DNA from: a bacterium
GTDB lineage: Bacteria; Zixibacteria; MSB-5A5; GN15; FEB-12
Direction of reading: 5' to 3'
Length of the DNA: 64,000 nt
NCBI GenBank assembly: GCA_043811375.1
Contig: JBDRNJ010000072.1
Location: 96,001-160,000 of the forward strand
The stretch's first letter is position 1. Every line of letters starts with the position of its first letter. Shown here in pieces: positions 19,659 to 29,311 of the stretch. The position numbers and the translations under genes are program-made. Under the pieces are notes generated by a model. The model did no database searches. It was not told the DNA's origin and saw only the letters and a program-made list of their open reading frames with translations.

Positions 19659-19672
19659 CTCGCACCTCTATG

Positions 19673-21898
19673 TTATTTGAACTTGGGCAATTTTTCCTCA
19701 AGACTCTCCTGGCAACTGATTGTTACCTCACCCGTGTTGAATTTCAGGGTAGCATCCAGGTCAAAGATCGAGTAAGGTTCCTTCAACTCCTCCGATTCCA
19801 TCGGGCTTACTCCCCAGGTCTCCGAACTAGGGTCGGTATGCTTCTTGTCCAGGGCAATCAGAATATGATCACCGTTCTTCCATGTAATCCTGAACTCACG
19901 ACCGGCGATGTACATCGCCTTGGGCCAGTCAGGTTCCTGGCCGGGACGGGTTACACAAACGTGAATGTGATGGTCAGGAGGACAGTTGACGACCTTAAAT
20001 GTGTACGCACGGCTGTTCTTGAAATATTCGACCTGGCTGAGATAGGCGTTAGCGCTGTCTAAGGCACCGCCCTCAAGGTTGGGTCTCAATTTCTTCAATT
20101 TCGTTGGCAAAGTAACCAGCAGGTACTTGGGATCGTCCATTTTCTGTTCGTAGCCGGAAAGAGCACCTGCAAAATCGGAACTGGCCGTCTGGACGGTCTC
20201 TTCCTTGACTGCCACCTGCTCCTGTGTAGCACCCTCGGCCATTAGGGCATCGAGCAACTGCTTCTCTTCCGGACTGAGATCCTGGCCATAGTTTCCGCGA
20301 TCATGTTCAATCTGCCGCAGAATCTGGCCCCAAAGCGAGTCCGAAACGGCAGCAGTCGAGGCCAGGATCGACTGCTTAAACAACTCCCAATAAATCAGCA
20401 CTCGTCCACTGCGAGAATACAGTGGCGACGTGTTATCAAGTTTCTGAAAGTAGGCCAACTCATCTTCAATTCCTAAGTGTGCTGAATCCATCACCAGACT
20501 ATCTCCGCCGGGGTACCGTTGCGGCCAGCTATCCTTGACACCGACGATGTCTCTGACATCAGCTATGACAAGGTTAAGCCGTTTACCAGCCGCTTCTGTA
20601 CCGAGACCTTTATATAGTTCTGCAATCCGGTTAGATGAGACGTGGAATTGATTGTAAAAAGAACGCACTAACCACTTACGGCTATAGCGGTCATAGGTGT
20701 TCTTGATTCGATTGCGCTCCGTGCCAAGGAGGTTGTCTTTCATGAACTTGTGCGCACCGAGAATGTTCTCTTCAACTCGTTCCGTTGTAGACAGCAGGTA
20801 CTGGAAATGATACAGGTTCGGCAAGGAGTAGGCCGCCACCCAGATCAGACTCAATACGGCGGCATATTTGGCTACTTTCCGCAGAATCGATATACGCTTA
20901 TTCCGGGTGATCGTTTTCAGCATCCAGTAAAACGGCTGACGGACTCCGACCGGACTAATTTTGCCCGGCGGCTTGTACAGGGAACGCCCGACCTCGGTGC
21001 CGATTTTTTCGGGTTCCTGTCCGGTGGCGGAGACAAAAAATATCTGGAAGTTCAGCGTACGACCGACCACCACCCGGAGGAATTCCTTGAGCTTGATTAA
21101 AACGTTTCTGACGGAAGCGGCCCACTCGGAATCGGAGGCAATGCGATTGGAATTGAGCACTCTCTCCAGGAAGAACTCATAGTCTTCGGCGAAAAAGTGT
21201 TCATCCTCGGCGGTCACCAGAACCGTCTGCTTGTCAGATCGTTCGGGCGAATAACCGGGCAGGCAATCGGCCTTGGTTACGACCAGCGCCAGCGGAATGG
21301 GCAGGCGTCGGTGCAGCGGAGCCAGTTGTTCCACAAAGTCAATAAAGGAAGCGACATGTGCCTGCGTATGTTCTTCGGAGCCGAGCATCTTGGGATCGTA
21401 GAAAAACACGATGCCGTCACAGCCGGACATAAAGTCGGTCACCTTCTCGGAGAAGTCATGTTTCGGGGAGATGGCCACGGCCTTGCCGTCGTAGTCGTAG
21501 GCAACTACCTTTATCTTTTTCTTGCGGTCTACGACTGCGGTGAACTGCAGAACTCTCTCGCCTTTGGTCGGCACGGGAAATTTCTTGTCTTCGCGGAGAT
21601 CGACCACCGTACCCTCATTGCTGGCCGTCCCCACTCCCCAAATATGCCGGAAATTGGCCAGTAAAACACCGGCCGTAGCGCCGTCGGTGACTGAAATTTG
21701 CAGATCCCGCGATATCTTGCTATCCTCGTTGAGGACGGTGTAATAGACGGTCTTGCCGCAGTTGGCGTGACCATAGACGCCTATTCGCACACCGGCCGGC
21801 CATTCAAAGCCGCCTTCGGCGGGAGCACCCTTAGCCTGGCGCTTGGAGGCCGCTTTGGCGCCTTTCTTGAAGAACTTGAATATCTTGCCGAATTTCAC
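19673..21898 (-). CDS. TssM-like membrane protein: N-terminal P-loop GTPase-fold domain, one TM, large exported C-terminal part
   Basis: GHANCGKT (Walker A), YDYDG (G3-like), PLALVVTKADCLPGY (G4-like; similar to the TssM PVYxxxTKxDLLxGF motif), VSATG, TM YAAVLSLIWVAAYSL. Confidence 0.65.
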   Translation of the reverse strand: MKFGKIFKFFKKGAKAASKRQAKGAPAEGGFEWPAGVRIGVYGHANCGKTVYYTVLNEDSKISRDLQISVTDGATAGVLLANFRHIWGVGTASNEGTVVDLREDKKFPVPTKGERVLQFTAVVDRKKKIKVVAYDYDGKAVAISPKHDFSEKVTDFMSGCDGIVFFYDPKMLGSEEHTQAHVASFIDFVEQLAPLHRRLPIPLALVVTKADCLPGYSPERSDKQTVLVTAEDEHFFAEDYEFFLERVLNSNRIASDSEWAASVRNVLIKLKEFLRVVVGRTLNFQIFFVSATGQEPEKIGTEVGRSLYKPPGKISPVGVRQPFYWMLKTITRNKRISILRKVAKYAAVLSLIWVAAYSLPNLYHFQYLLSTTERVEENILGAHKFMKDNLLGTERNRIKNTYDRYSRKWLVRSFYNQFHVSSNRIAELYKGLGTEAAGKRLNLVIADVRDIVGVKDSWPQRYPGGDSLVMDSAHLGIEDELAYFQKLDNTSPLYSRSGRVLIYWELFKQSILASTAAVSDSLWGQILRQIEHDRGNYGQDLSPEEKQLLDALMAEGATQEQVAVKEETVQTASSDFAGALSGYEQKMDDPKYLLVTLPTKLKKLRPNLEGGALDSANAYLSQVEYFKNSRAYTFKVVNCPPDHHIHVCVTRPGQEPDWPKAMYIAGREFRITWKNGDHILIALDKKHTDPSSETWGVSPMESEELKEPYSIFDLDATLKFNTGEVTISCQESLEEKLPKFK

Positions 21899-21937
21899 GT
21901 CTGTATTACAACTCCCAAATCAGCATACTCAGCGGGA

Positions 21938-22897
21938 TCATCTGGGCTTCCAGTCTATATGATTCCGCTGGTCAAGTTGCTCCAAGCGATCCCGGCCATG
22001 CTCGCTCCACATGATCGGTACATAGATGGCCAGCAGCACAAACAGCACAATCAGCAGCCCGTAAAACAGATAAGCCGGGTTACGCTGTGACAAAACCAGA
22101 CCGAAATAACGCCAACTGGAGAAGACACCCCGAATCTTTCCCCAGAGTTCCCCGAAAAAACCCTTCACCCGCAACCAGAAACGCGGATCCGTCAGGTAGC
22201 CCCACTGTTTCAGATAGTACTCATTGAGCCTGCTTTTCTGACGCAACTTATTAAACGCTGCAATCCGCTTGAGATGAAACTCAAGCGTGGTTCGATCAGC
22301 CAGGAGATCCGAGCCAAGCTGCAGGCGACGCCGGGCCAGCTGAAGAATTTTCATCGGATCGGTAAGACCGCCGAACTGTTCCGGGCTCAGGTCGGTCTGC
22401 AGGCTTCTGCCGTAGCGATTCAGATAGAGCGCAATCTCGCTTAAGAAAAACGAATTCAGGCTAACGTTGTCGTTGAGGCCGCCCTGTCGAAACAGCAACG
22501 GGACCAGATGATTTTCAAAAAAAGGCACATCCTGTTTGACGGCGCGAACCCCGCGGCACATGCTGTAAGCATGGTTGGAGAGACCGTCGATGTCGGCTTC
22601 CGACTCAAAAAACGTAATCAGCAACTGAATTGTCAGTTGTCGCAGGTCGGAGGCGGTTAACGACGATTGTTTGATTTTCTCCAGGAAGATCTCGTCTAAA
22701 GCCACTGCCTTGTCGCGCTGCTTCCGGAGTGCCTGGAAAACGGCGCGGATACCCCGGTAGTTCTGCAGAAAAGCTTCCGTCTGGAACTGCGCGTAGCTGC
22801 GCTCATAGGTATCCAGATACTTGAAGAGGTTATCAACGTGCGATCTGACAGCTAAACTTTCATCCATCCCGGTACACATCCTACATAGCGTAAACAA
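21938..22897 (-). CDS. Helical cytoplasmic protein with a C-terminal TM anchor (TssL-like topology)
   Basis: Single TM PAYLFYGLLIVLFVLLAIYVPIMW close to the C-terminus. Lies between tssK and the TssM-like gene. No DotU motif recognised. Confidence 0.5.
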   Translation of the reverse strand: MFTLCRMCTGMDESLAVRSHVDNLFKYLDTYERSYAQFQTEAFLQNYRGIRAVFQALRKQRDKAVALDEIFLEKIKQSSLTASDLRQLTIQLLITFFESEADIDGLSNHAYSMCRGVRAVKQDVPFFENHLVPLLFRQGGLNDNVSLNSFFLSEIALYLNRYGRSLQTDLSPEQFGGLTDPMKILQLARRRLQLGSDLLADRTTLEFHLKRIAAFNKLRQKSRLNEYYLKQWGYLTDPRFWLRVKGFFGELWGKIRGVFSSWRYFGLVLSQRNPAYLFYGLLIVLFVLLAIYVPIMWSEHGRDRLEQLDQRNHIDWKPR

Positions 22898-24329
22898 TCA
22901 GATCAGATTTACCCAGACCGGTAAACTTGCCGGCGTCAGGCGCTCCCCTGAAGATCAGTGTAACCTGACGCACCGCCGGTGAGCGCAGCATGTCCTGGGG
23001 ACGCAGGGCAATTTTGTTTTCAAACGTGACCACGTCAACCTCGATGGGATCCGTCTCGCCCAGTCCGCGGGCATCATTGAGCCCCAGACGCACCAGCATA
23101 CTGGACCACTCCCCGCTGCTGAAGAGGTCTTTGGCTATCAGTATCACGGTGTCGGATATGGGACAGGGTTCGGGAATGTCAATCAGCAGGTAAGCCAACT
23201 CACCGACCTGCTCCAGCCGGGTTCCCCCGTATTCCACGATGCGGTACGTTCTTCCCTGGTAGGTGAGAGTATCGGTGGCGACCGCCTGCTGGCCGAGGTC
23301 TTCTTTTTTCACCTGCGCCAAAAAGCCCATGATCCCACGAACCTGACCGAGAATCTCGTCAATAACCGACAGATGTCCGCCCAGGTCACGGTGGTTGTAT
23401 TCGGCCATCAGAAAACCATCCACCATAGACATGAATCGGCCCACTTCAGTGTTGGCCTGTTTGACAAAGAAACGTTCGTTCAGGAAATCCTTCAGACCGG
23501 GCCGGAGATTCAGCAGCGTCGTGAACGCGCGAAACAACTTCTTGAAAAACACTACCAGATGAAGCGGGTGTTGAGCGTTCCTGCCGACGACAAGCTCGTC
23601 CAGGGTTGAGGAGAGATGATAGGCAAATTGAAATATGGTTTCCTTAAAAGCAGTCTGCAAATCCGTCTGCTCACCGGCCAGGACACCTCCGGCCGCCACA
23701 GCCTTATACGCCTGTGACGACAAGGACAGCAGTTTTTCCAGCCGGTTGTGAAAATCGAGAGTCTTCTTTGATAACCGCTCATCGGCAGCGAGAGTCAGAC
23801 AGGGCGGAAAGTAATTCTGATCGGCAGTTACCTCGCTGCCATCGACAATCACCTGAGCGATTTGCAGAGAACTCCCTTCGGGAACCTGGGGCGGCCGACC
23901 CAGGGCCAGCCGGTAACTGTTGACCAGATACGGAATGCGGGGCAGGTCGTCGGCCGGGTCCGGGTCGCCGACTTCCTTTCGGGCGGTCGGATCGATCCCA
24001 ATGAAGACGGGCACGACACCCTGTTCAACATCCATCTCAGCCGTTACGCTGCCGTGATTGGATTCGTTTATTTCAATAACGCCACCATCAGGCGTCAACG
24101 CCTGACAACGCACAACCTCCACCCCCAGACGATTGGAACTGGCCGAAAGATTGAGACTCAAGGCTGGTCTCCCCGAGAAAGTCTTGCGTACCAGACCATA
24201 GCGATCGTCTGCAGTCAGTGCGTGCCAGCGGGCCAACTCCTGAAAGTACTTTTCCTGGTCTTTGAGATGTTGCTGAGTCACCAACATCCCATCCTGCCAG
24301 TTCACCGAATATAAGTGCAAGTCACTCAT
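22881..24329 (-). CDS. tssK: T6SS baseplate subunit TssK (Bacteroidota-like)
   Basis: N-terminal YSVNWQDGMLVTQQHL, CQALTPDGGVIEI, GDPDPADDLPRIPY, YFPPC. Confidence 0.85.
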   Translation of the reverse strand: MSDLHLYSVNWQDGMLVTQQHLKDQEKYFQELARWHALTADDRYGLVRKTFSGRPALSLNLSASSNRLGVEVVRCQALTPDGGVIEINESNHGSVTAEMDVEQGVVPVFIGIDPTARKEVGDPDPADDLPRIPYLVNSYRLALGRPPQVPEGSSLQIAQVIVDGSEVTADQNYFPPCLTLAADERLSKKTLDFHNRLEKLLSLSSQAYKAVAAGGVLAGEQTDLQTAFKETIFQFAYHLSSTLDELVVGRNAQHPLHLVVFFKKLFRAFTTLLNLRPGLKDFLNERFFVKQANTEVGRFMSMVDGFLMAEYNHRDLGGHLSVIDEILGQVRGIMGFLAQVKKEDLGQQAVATDTLTYQGRTYRIVEYGGTRLEQVGELAYLLIDIPEPCPISDTVILIAKDLFSSGEWSSMLVRLGLNDARGLGETDPIEVDVVTFENKIALRPQDMLRSPAVRQVTLIFRGAPDAGKFTGLGKSDLIVYAM

Positions 24330-24353
24330 TATCTTGCCTCTAAGTATTAGCGG

Positions 24354-24382
24354 AATTTATGCACCCTTGACAGCTATGTCAA
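24354..24382 (-). promoter_or_regulatory. Internal sigma70 promoter for the tssK sub-operon, with an inverted repeat over the -35
   Basis: Minus strand TTGACA-N17-TAAATT. The -35 is one arm of TTGACA-N4-TGTCAA (24367-24382). RBS AGAGG before the tssK ATG. Confidence 0.7.
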
Positions 24383-24482
24383 CCTCAATAGACATCATTT
24401 GCACCGGAGACCTGTGATTGATTGGGAATTCCCACTATCGGTGCGGCAAAATACAGTACAGCCAACACCCTTTCGACAACGA

Positions 24483-25394
24483 TTACACAAAGGAAGAGTA
24501 CCCCAGAAAACGGTTTTCCCGGTTGCGGCCAAGGACAAAGCCACGCCCGTCGACCGTAATTTTTACCCGGCAGGCCATATTGTTGGGCATACACGTGCTC
24601 AGCATCCATTCCAGTTTGCGTCTTTGAAGCTGTCCGGGAAGAAGGCGGCGCACGTCGGCGGTGCTGACCCCGCGGATATGAAGTTCGTAGGCAGAATCGC
24701 ATTCCTTGAATGACCGGCCGATCAGAAAATCGCGGCCCAAAGCGCTTGACTTTCCCAGGCGAGATTGAATTTGGTCCGGGATAACATGCTCGGTGGACAC
24801 GTTTTCCACCATCCGGAAATCATACCCGAATATGCGGCGGAGAACTTTCTCGATCATTTTGGAATTGCCGGCCCATCTGTGAAAACGGGGCATAACCGAG
24901 ACCCAGAACAATATCTCGTCGACATCATCAGTGGGAGTGAAAGGCTTAAATCCAAACAACTCCAGATACCTCAGCAGGTGATCGATATCAACCACACCGA
25001 ATGCATACCGCAGTCGGTCATATCGGGCCAGTCCGTCATGACGAATGACGGCGGCATCGAACGGCGCCATCAGATGGCGGGCTTTCTCTTCCCAGGCACC
25101 GGTTCGGGGTATCACACCCTGCAAGCCGTAGAACATCTGGTAGGGCAGATAGTCCACGGCGCTGATACAGCCGACTTCCAGCATAATTTTAGTGTCGTCG
25201 CCGAGTTCCGTGCCCGGACCGGGTTTCTGCCGCCGGACTTCACCACGGTAATTTTCATATTCCCCGACCGCCAGAATATCCACATTCCGGATTTCTACAC
25301 CCATTTGCTTCAGTACGCTGAGAGCGGTGGCAAAATGGAAAGGCTGCCGCCGGGAGCAGAAATCCGGCATGACTTTAGGTTCCACCACGTTCAT
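24483..25394 (-). CDS. tssG: T6SS baseplate subunit TssG with N-terminal PASTA-like domain
   Basis: Overlaps the tssF stop. DYLPYQMFY, LMAPFD and RLGKSSALGRDFLIG resemble T6SS-iii TssG. Confidence 0.75.
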   Translation of the reverse strand: MNVVEPKVMPDFCSRRQPFHFATALSVLKQMGVEIRNVDILAVGEYENYRGEVRRQKPGPGTELGDDTKIMLEVGCISAVDYLPYQMFYGLQGVIPRTGAWEEKARHLMAPFDAAVIRHDGLARYDRLRYAFGVVDIDHLLRYLELFGFKPFTPTDDVDEILFWVSVMPRFHRWAGNSKMIEKVLRRIFGYDFRMVENVSTEHVIPDQIQSRLGKSSALGRDFLIGRSFKECDSAYELHIRGVSTADVRRLLPGQLQRRKLEWMLSTCMPNNMACRVKITVDGRGFVLGRNRENRFLGYSSFV

Positions 25395-27055
25395 GGCCGG
25401 AGAATCTCCACCTGGAACTGGGTATTGATCGGCGAACGCGACTTGAGAAAACTTGTCAGACGCTTCCGCAACAAGTTGATTTCATCTTCACAATGAAACC
25501 GGTCATGCTCGACATTGACTCGAACAACTATACAGCGTCGGACGCCACGGGGTCCCCGCTCGACACCATTGGAGCATTCGGCTTTTTTTATCCGGGGGTC
25601 AAAGGTGAGCGTCCAGTCGGCCAGTTCCGGAAAGCCCAAAGCTCGATCTCGGTTACGCAGCCGGGAGGTAACCTCGGTTACGATTTGCGCCTCTGTCCTG
25701 GCCGGGACCGCCCCGGTCGTGGGGATAATGTTTTCGACCGCTTCTATCCCGGGGTGACTGTCGTATAGTTCGTTGATTTCGCCGATCTCAATGCCGTTGG
25801 CGCTCACTCCTTCCGTAACCGTGTAAGTAACGGAGATAGAATCGGGCGGTTGGTCGATACCGGTGGCGAAATCAAACCACAGCACCAGTTTCCCCTGCCG
25901 GTCCTCCAGCGAATAATGGCCGCCCCGGTGATCAGGGTGTATCTGATGTACGGCCACATACTCCCGACCATCAGTATCAACCACACCGGTGATATCCAAG
26001 ATGTCGGCTATAGGTTCGGGCAGTTCCACTTCCACCAGCCGGTTGGAACCGGTATGCTTAAACAGTTTCAATTCGTTTTTATTGACGGCGATCAGAGCGT
26101 CAAAGCAGAAGTCCAGGGGCGATTTGAAATCGGATCGATCACCACCGGCCGGGAGGTCAAGTCGCACCCAGTAGTGATTCTCCCGGAGAGTATCGCTGCT
26201 TATACCGCTGCCGTCAAGCTGCCGCAGCAACCGGGGATCGGGTGTGCCCATCTCCCAGGTTACCGCGAATGACTCAGGAAGCGTGACGAAGCCGTCTTCC
26301 AGCGGTCCGAATAACTCGGCACCGGTTCTCAGACCACCCCAGTCACGGTCATCTCCGTCGACGCCCACAACATCGTCAATACTGCTGGTTAATCCCGGAC
26401 AGAAACCACAATCCTCATAGAATGAACCCTGGCGTGAACCGGGGTACCAGCGCGCCCACCGCAACCGGCGTTGGATCGGCAGTGAAGCTTTCAGGAACAA
26501 CACGGCTCCGGCCAAATCAGACGGCTTACCACTGTAGTCAACCGCGACATATAGCTGACTGGGATCAGCCGACGTGTCCCGGACGTTCGCCGGTGGCGTT
26601 ACCGGGGCAGCCCCCGGCTGCCGGGGTGACAGGTCGATTACCCGGTCACCCTGCTTCAGGAAAACATGTTTCACACTGGCGGCGAACACCCTTTCGTTCT
26701 TCAGGGGAGAGAAATAGAGTGTTCGCCCTCCTTCACGTTTTTCCTTGTAGAAGAAACGGGTGTGCGTGTCAACTTCGACCACCGGATCTATCGGCCGGCA
26801 GCGCACCACCGTGTGAGCCGGGATCGGCCATCGGCTGCACTCGGGGGCCAGCGATCTGATCAATGCGCCGGCTGCATATTGCCAGGTTCCGTGAAGCTTG
26901 TCATCGATACCGGCCAATTGGTACGAGTATAGCTGCAAGAAAATTCTAACCAGCGGGTCCAGTCGTTCCGGCGACTGAGGTACCTGGCTGTCGAAAGACC
27001 GCAACTGGCGGTGCATGTCACTGAATATCTGTTCCGGCGATCGTGTTCGACTCAT
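25391..27055 (-). CDS. tssF: T6SS baseplate subunit TssF
   Basis: RLDPLVRIFL, LAPE...PIPAHTVV...P, YFSPL, YTVTEGVSANGI, C-terminal LRNRDRA...FLKSRS. Lies between tssE and tssG. Confidence 0.8.
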   Translation of the reverse strand: MSRTRSPEQIFSDMHRQLRSFDSQVPQSPERLDPLVRIFLQLYSYQLAGIDDKLHGTWQYAAGALIRSLAPECSRWPIPAHTVVRCRPIDPVVEVDTHTRFFYKEKREGGRTLYFSPLKNERVFAASVKHVFLKQGDRVIDLSPRQPGAAPVTPPANVRDTSADPSQLYVAVDYSGKPSDLAGAVLFLKASLPIQRRLRWARWYPGSRQGSFYEDCGFCPGLTSSIDDVVGVDGDDRDWGGLRTGAELFGPLEDGFVTLPESFAVTWEMGTPDPRLLRQLDGSGISSDTLRENHYWVRLDLPAGGDRSDFKSPLDFCFDALIAVNKNELKLFKHTGSNRLVEVELPEPIADILDITGVVDTDGREYVAVHQIHPDHRGGHYSLEDRQGKLVLWFDFATGIDQPPDSISVTYTVTEGVSANGIEIGEINELYDSHPGIEAVENIIPTTGAVPARTEAQIVTEVTSRLRNRDRALGFPELADWTLTFDPRIKKAECSNGVERGPRGVRRCIVVRVNVEHDRFHCEDEINLLRKRLTSFLKSRSPINTQFQVEILRP

Positions 27056-27087
27056 ATCGGTTCTTTTGCTCTCTGGCTGGTGGTCAG

Positions 27088-27462
27088 TCAGGCCAGGGTG
27101 TAACTGGCCTGAAATTTTTTCTCTTCATTGCCGTCCCGGTAGTTCCCGCTGACCTTTACCACCAGACCCAGCGCGTGGGATCGGTTATCACCCAGGCTCA
27201 CGAAAGACACCGATACATCCGACAGCCGTTTCTCAAACTTGTCGATGGCGTTGCGTAAGCTGGATCTGATGTCAGCTTTGTTGGCCACAATGATATCGGA
27301 GTATTCCTTCTCCCAGAGACTACAGCCGAATTCGCGATTGAAGGGTATCATGCCGACCCGCGTGGACAAAAGCAGACCGATGGAGTATTGCAACGACTGG
27401 TGCAGGTCAGTTCGGGGCAGGTAGCCATCACGCAGGATCAGCGGTAGTGCCAGGTACTCCAT
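27088..27462 (-). CDS. tssE: T6SS baseplate subunit TssE (gp25-like)
   Basis: YLALPL, SIGLLLSTRVG...EFGCSLWE, AIDKFEKRL. Confidence 0.88.
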   Translation of the reverse strand: MEYLALPLILRDGYLPRTDLHQSLQYSIGLLLSTRVGMIPFNREFGCSLWEKEYSDIIVANKADIRSSLRNAIDKFEKRLSDVSVSFVSLGDNRSHALGLVVKVSGNYRDGNEEKKFQASYTLA

Positions 27463-27471
27463 GGTTCGGGC

Positions 27472-29238
27472 TCAGTTGATCTTGACCAGGGTGCCTTTTA
27501 CGGTCACTATGGCGCCGCCTTCCAGAGTGGCGTTGAGACCGGCCTTGACATCACAGTTCATACTTCCCTCGGCTTTCAGACTACCTCCGGCTTTCAGTTG
27601 GGTATCCCGGGTGCTCTCAATGGACACTCCAGCCTGTGACTTGACGGTTACATCACCGCTGGTGCTCTCGAGGCTTATATTGGCACCTTTGAGGCTTATG
27701 TCTCCGTCACTCTCAATACTGATTTTGGGGCCGTCGAGTGTCAGAGTAATGGCGTTCTTGTTGTCCTTCTGCACGACAACAATTGACTCGGAACCGGAGG
27801 TGTCGTCGAAATAGATCTCGTTGCCGCTTTTGGTACGGAAGAGTTTGAGGTTATTGTCGGCGCCGCTCCAGCTAACCGGATGGTCCAGCGGGGGTACATC
27901 CCTGCCGTTGTACAAACTGCCCAGCACCAGTGGTTGCGACGGTCGCCCCTGTTCGTAAGCGATCAGCACCTCATCATCAACCTCCGGCAGACAAAACAAG
28001 CCTTTTTTTTCGCCGGCGTGATGAGTAAGCACCCGCAGCCAGACATCCGGCTCGGCGGCCGATCCACCCTTGACATTCCAGTGCAGTTTCACCTTAACGC
28101 GGCCGAGCTGGTCGGGATCATCGGTGTCCGTCACCAACGCCGTCTGCAGGTCCGTAAATGGTCTCGCCATGAATTTGCGTTCGGGAAAGGCCAGGTCCAG
28201 CGGTGTGCATACAAACGTATTATGATACTTGCCGCTTTCGTCAAAGAGATGGCTAACCGATTTAACCCAGAAGTTGCCGTCCATCTGATCCATGCCCTTG
28301 ATTTTGACGCAACGACCCGCTTTGATCGCCGGAACAATCGACAATCCCCGGCAGGTCACTATTCGGCCGACGGCGCTCTCCCTGACCAGGGTCAGCGCGT
28401 CATCGAGCTCGGACTGGCTGGCTGCCTGGTGTCGCGGCGAGAAGTTCGCTGACGCATACATTTCCTGCGAGGCGTCGTGAGCAACTTTCGACATATCCGA
28501 CAGCGATGTTCTTAGGGCGCCGGAGGTCTCACTGTCAAAGACCTCTTTCTTGGGATAGTTGAAGGCCTGGGAACATATTTTTTCAGGACCGGTGCCCAGT
28601 CCCATGGCAAATGATCCCAGTGTCTCCCGCCAGACAAGTTCTTCGCTGTCGGCACTGCCGGCTTTGGCCAGGTGAAACTCCTGGCCGTCATAGAATGCGA
28701 ACATCCCGGCCGTTGAGGCCAGCCGCATGATGTAGCGGTAGTCCGTTTCACGATACTGCACACTGTACGCCAGCGTACCGTTGGTTGATTCGATTTTGCC
28801 TACCGTAACCGGGTAATTACCGATGATACTGTTGACAATGTCACTGGCGCTTTGTTCGTGGTACAGTGCATTCTGGCCCGCGCCATCGGCCGCGATAGTC
28901 GGGCTGTGCGCGGTCACCAGCACCGTGTTCAAGCCGTCGATGCTGTTGTCCAGGTTTACCTGAGTGACCATTCCCACGAACTCCAGCAGCCGGCCGGAAT
29001 CCACCACTCCCCCCAGAGGCGTGATAGTCACCGCCACGGACTTGCCCAGGAAAGCCGTAAATGTGGTCGGATCACCAAAGTCCCGGTCCGCAGCCACCTT
29101 GCCCAGTTGTCGCAGACGAACCTTTAGAACATGATGATCATCCACGAACTGATCCAGCTGGACCGACGAGATATCGTGCTTGATCTCTTTGCCGTCAATG
29201 CGAATCCGGCATTCCGCCGAAGTCTGTAGTGTTGCCAT
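27472..29238 (-). CDS. vgrG: T6SS spike protein VgrG (no C-terminal effector extension)
   Basis: VQYRETDYRYIMRLA, DPDQLGRVKV, LPEVDDEVLI, PLVLGSLYNG, RTKSGNEIYFDD, C-terminal beta-helix repeats. Confidence 0.93.
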   Translation of the reverse strand: MATLQTSAECRIRIDGKEIKHDISSVQLDQFVDDHHVLKVRLRQLGKVAADRDFGDPTTFTAFLGKSVAVTITPLGGVVDSGRLLEFVGMVTQVNLDNSIDGLNTVLVTAHSPTIAADGAGQNALYHEQSASDIVNSIIGNYPVTVGKIESTNGTLAYSVQYRETDYRYIMRLASTAGMFAFYDGQEFHLAKAGSADSEELVWRETLGSFAMGLGTGPEKICSQAFNYPKKEVFDSETSGALRTSLSDMSKVAHDASQEMYASANFSPRHQAASQSELDDALTLVRESAVGRIVTCRGLSIVPAIKAGRCVKIKGMDQMDGNFWVKSVSHLFDESGKYHNTFVCTPLDLAFPERKFMARPFTDLQTALVTDTDDPDQLGRVKVKLHWNVKGGSAAEPDVWLRVLTHHAGEKKGLFCLPEVDDEVLIAYEQGRPSQPLVLGSLYNGRDVPPLDHPVSWSGADNNLKLFRTKSGNEIYFDDTSGSESIVVVQKDNKNAITLTLDGPKISIESDGDISLKGANISLESTSGDVTVKSQAGVSIESTRDTQLKAGGSLKAEGSMNCDVKAGLNATLEGGAIVTVKGTLVKIN

Positions 29239-29272
29239 GGGATACTATTCCGGACTGAGAGAGGAAATTGCA

Positions 29273-29299
29273 GTCGGGCGGGATGGCGTCCCGCCCGAC
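29273..29299. other. GC-rich stem-loop between tssD and vgrG
   Basis: GTCGGGCGGGA-tggcg-TCCCGCCCGAC: perfect 11 bp stem, no U-tract. Confidence 0.65.
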
Positions 29300-29311
29300 C
29301 GATTAACCGGG

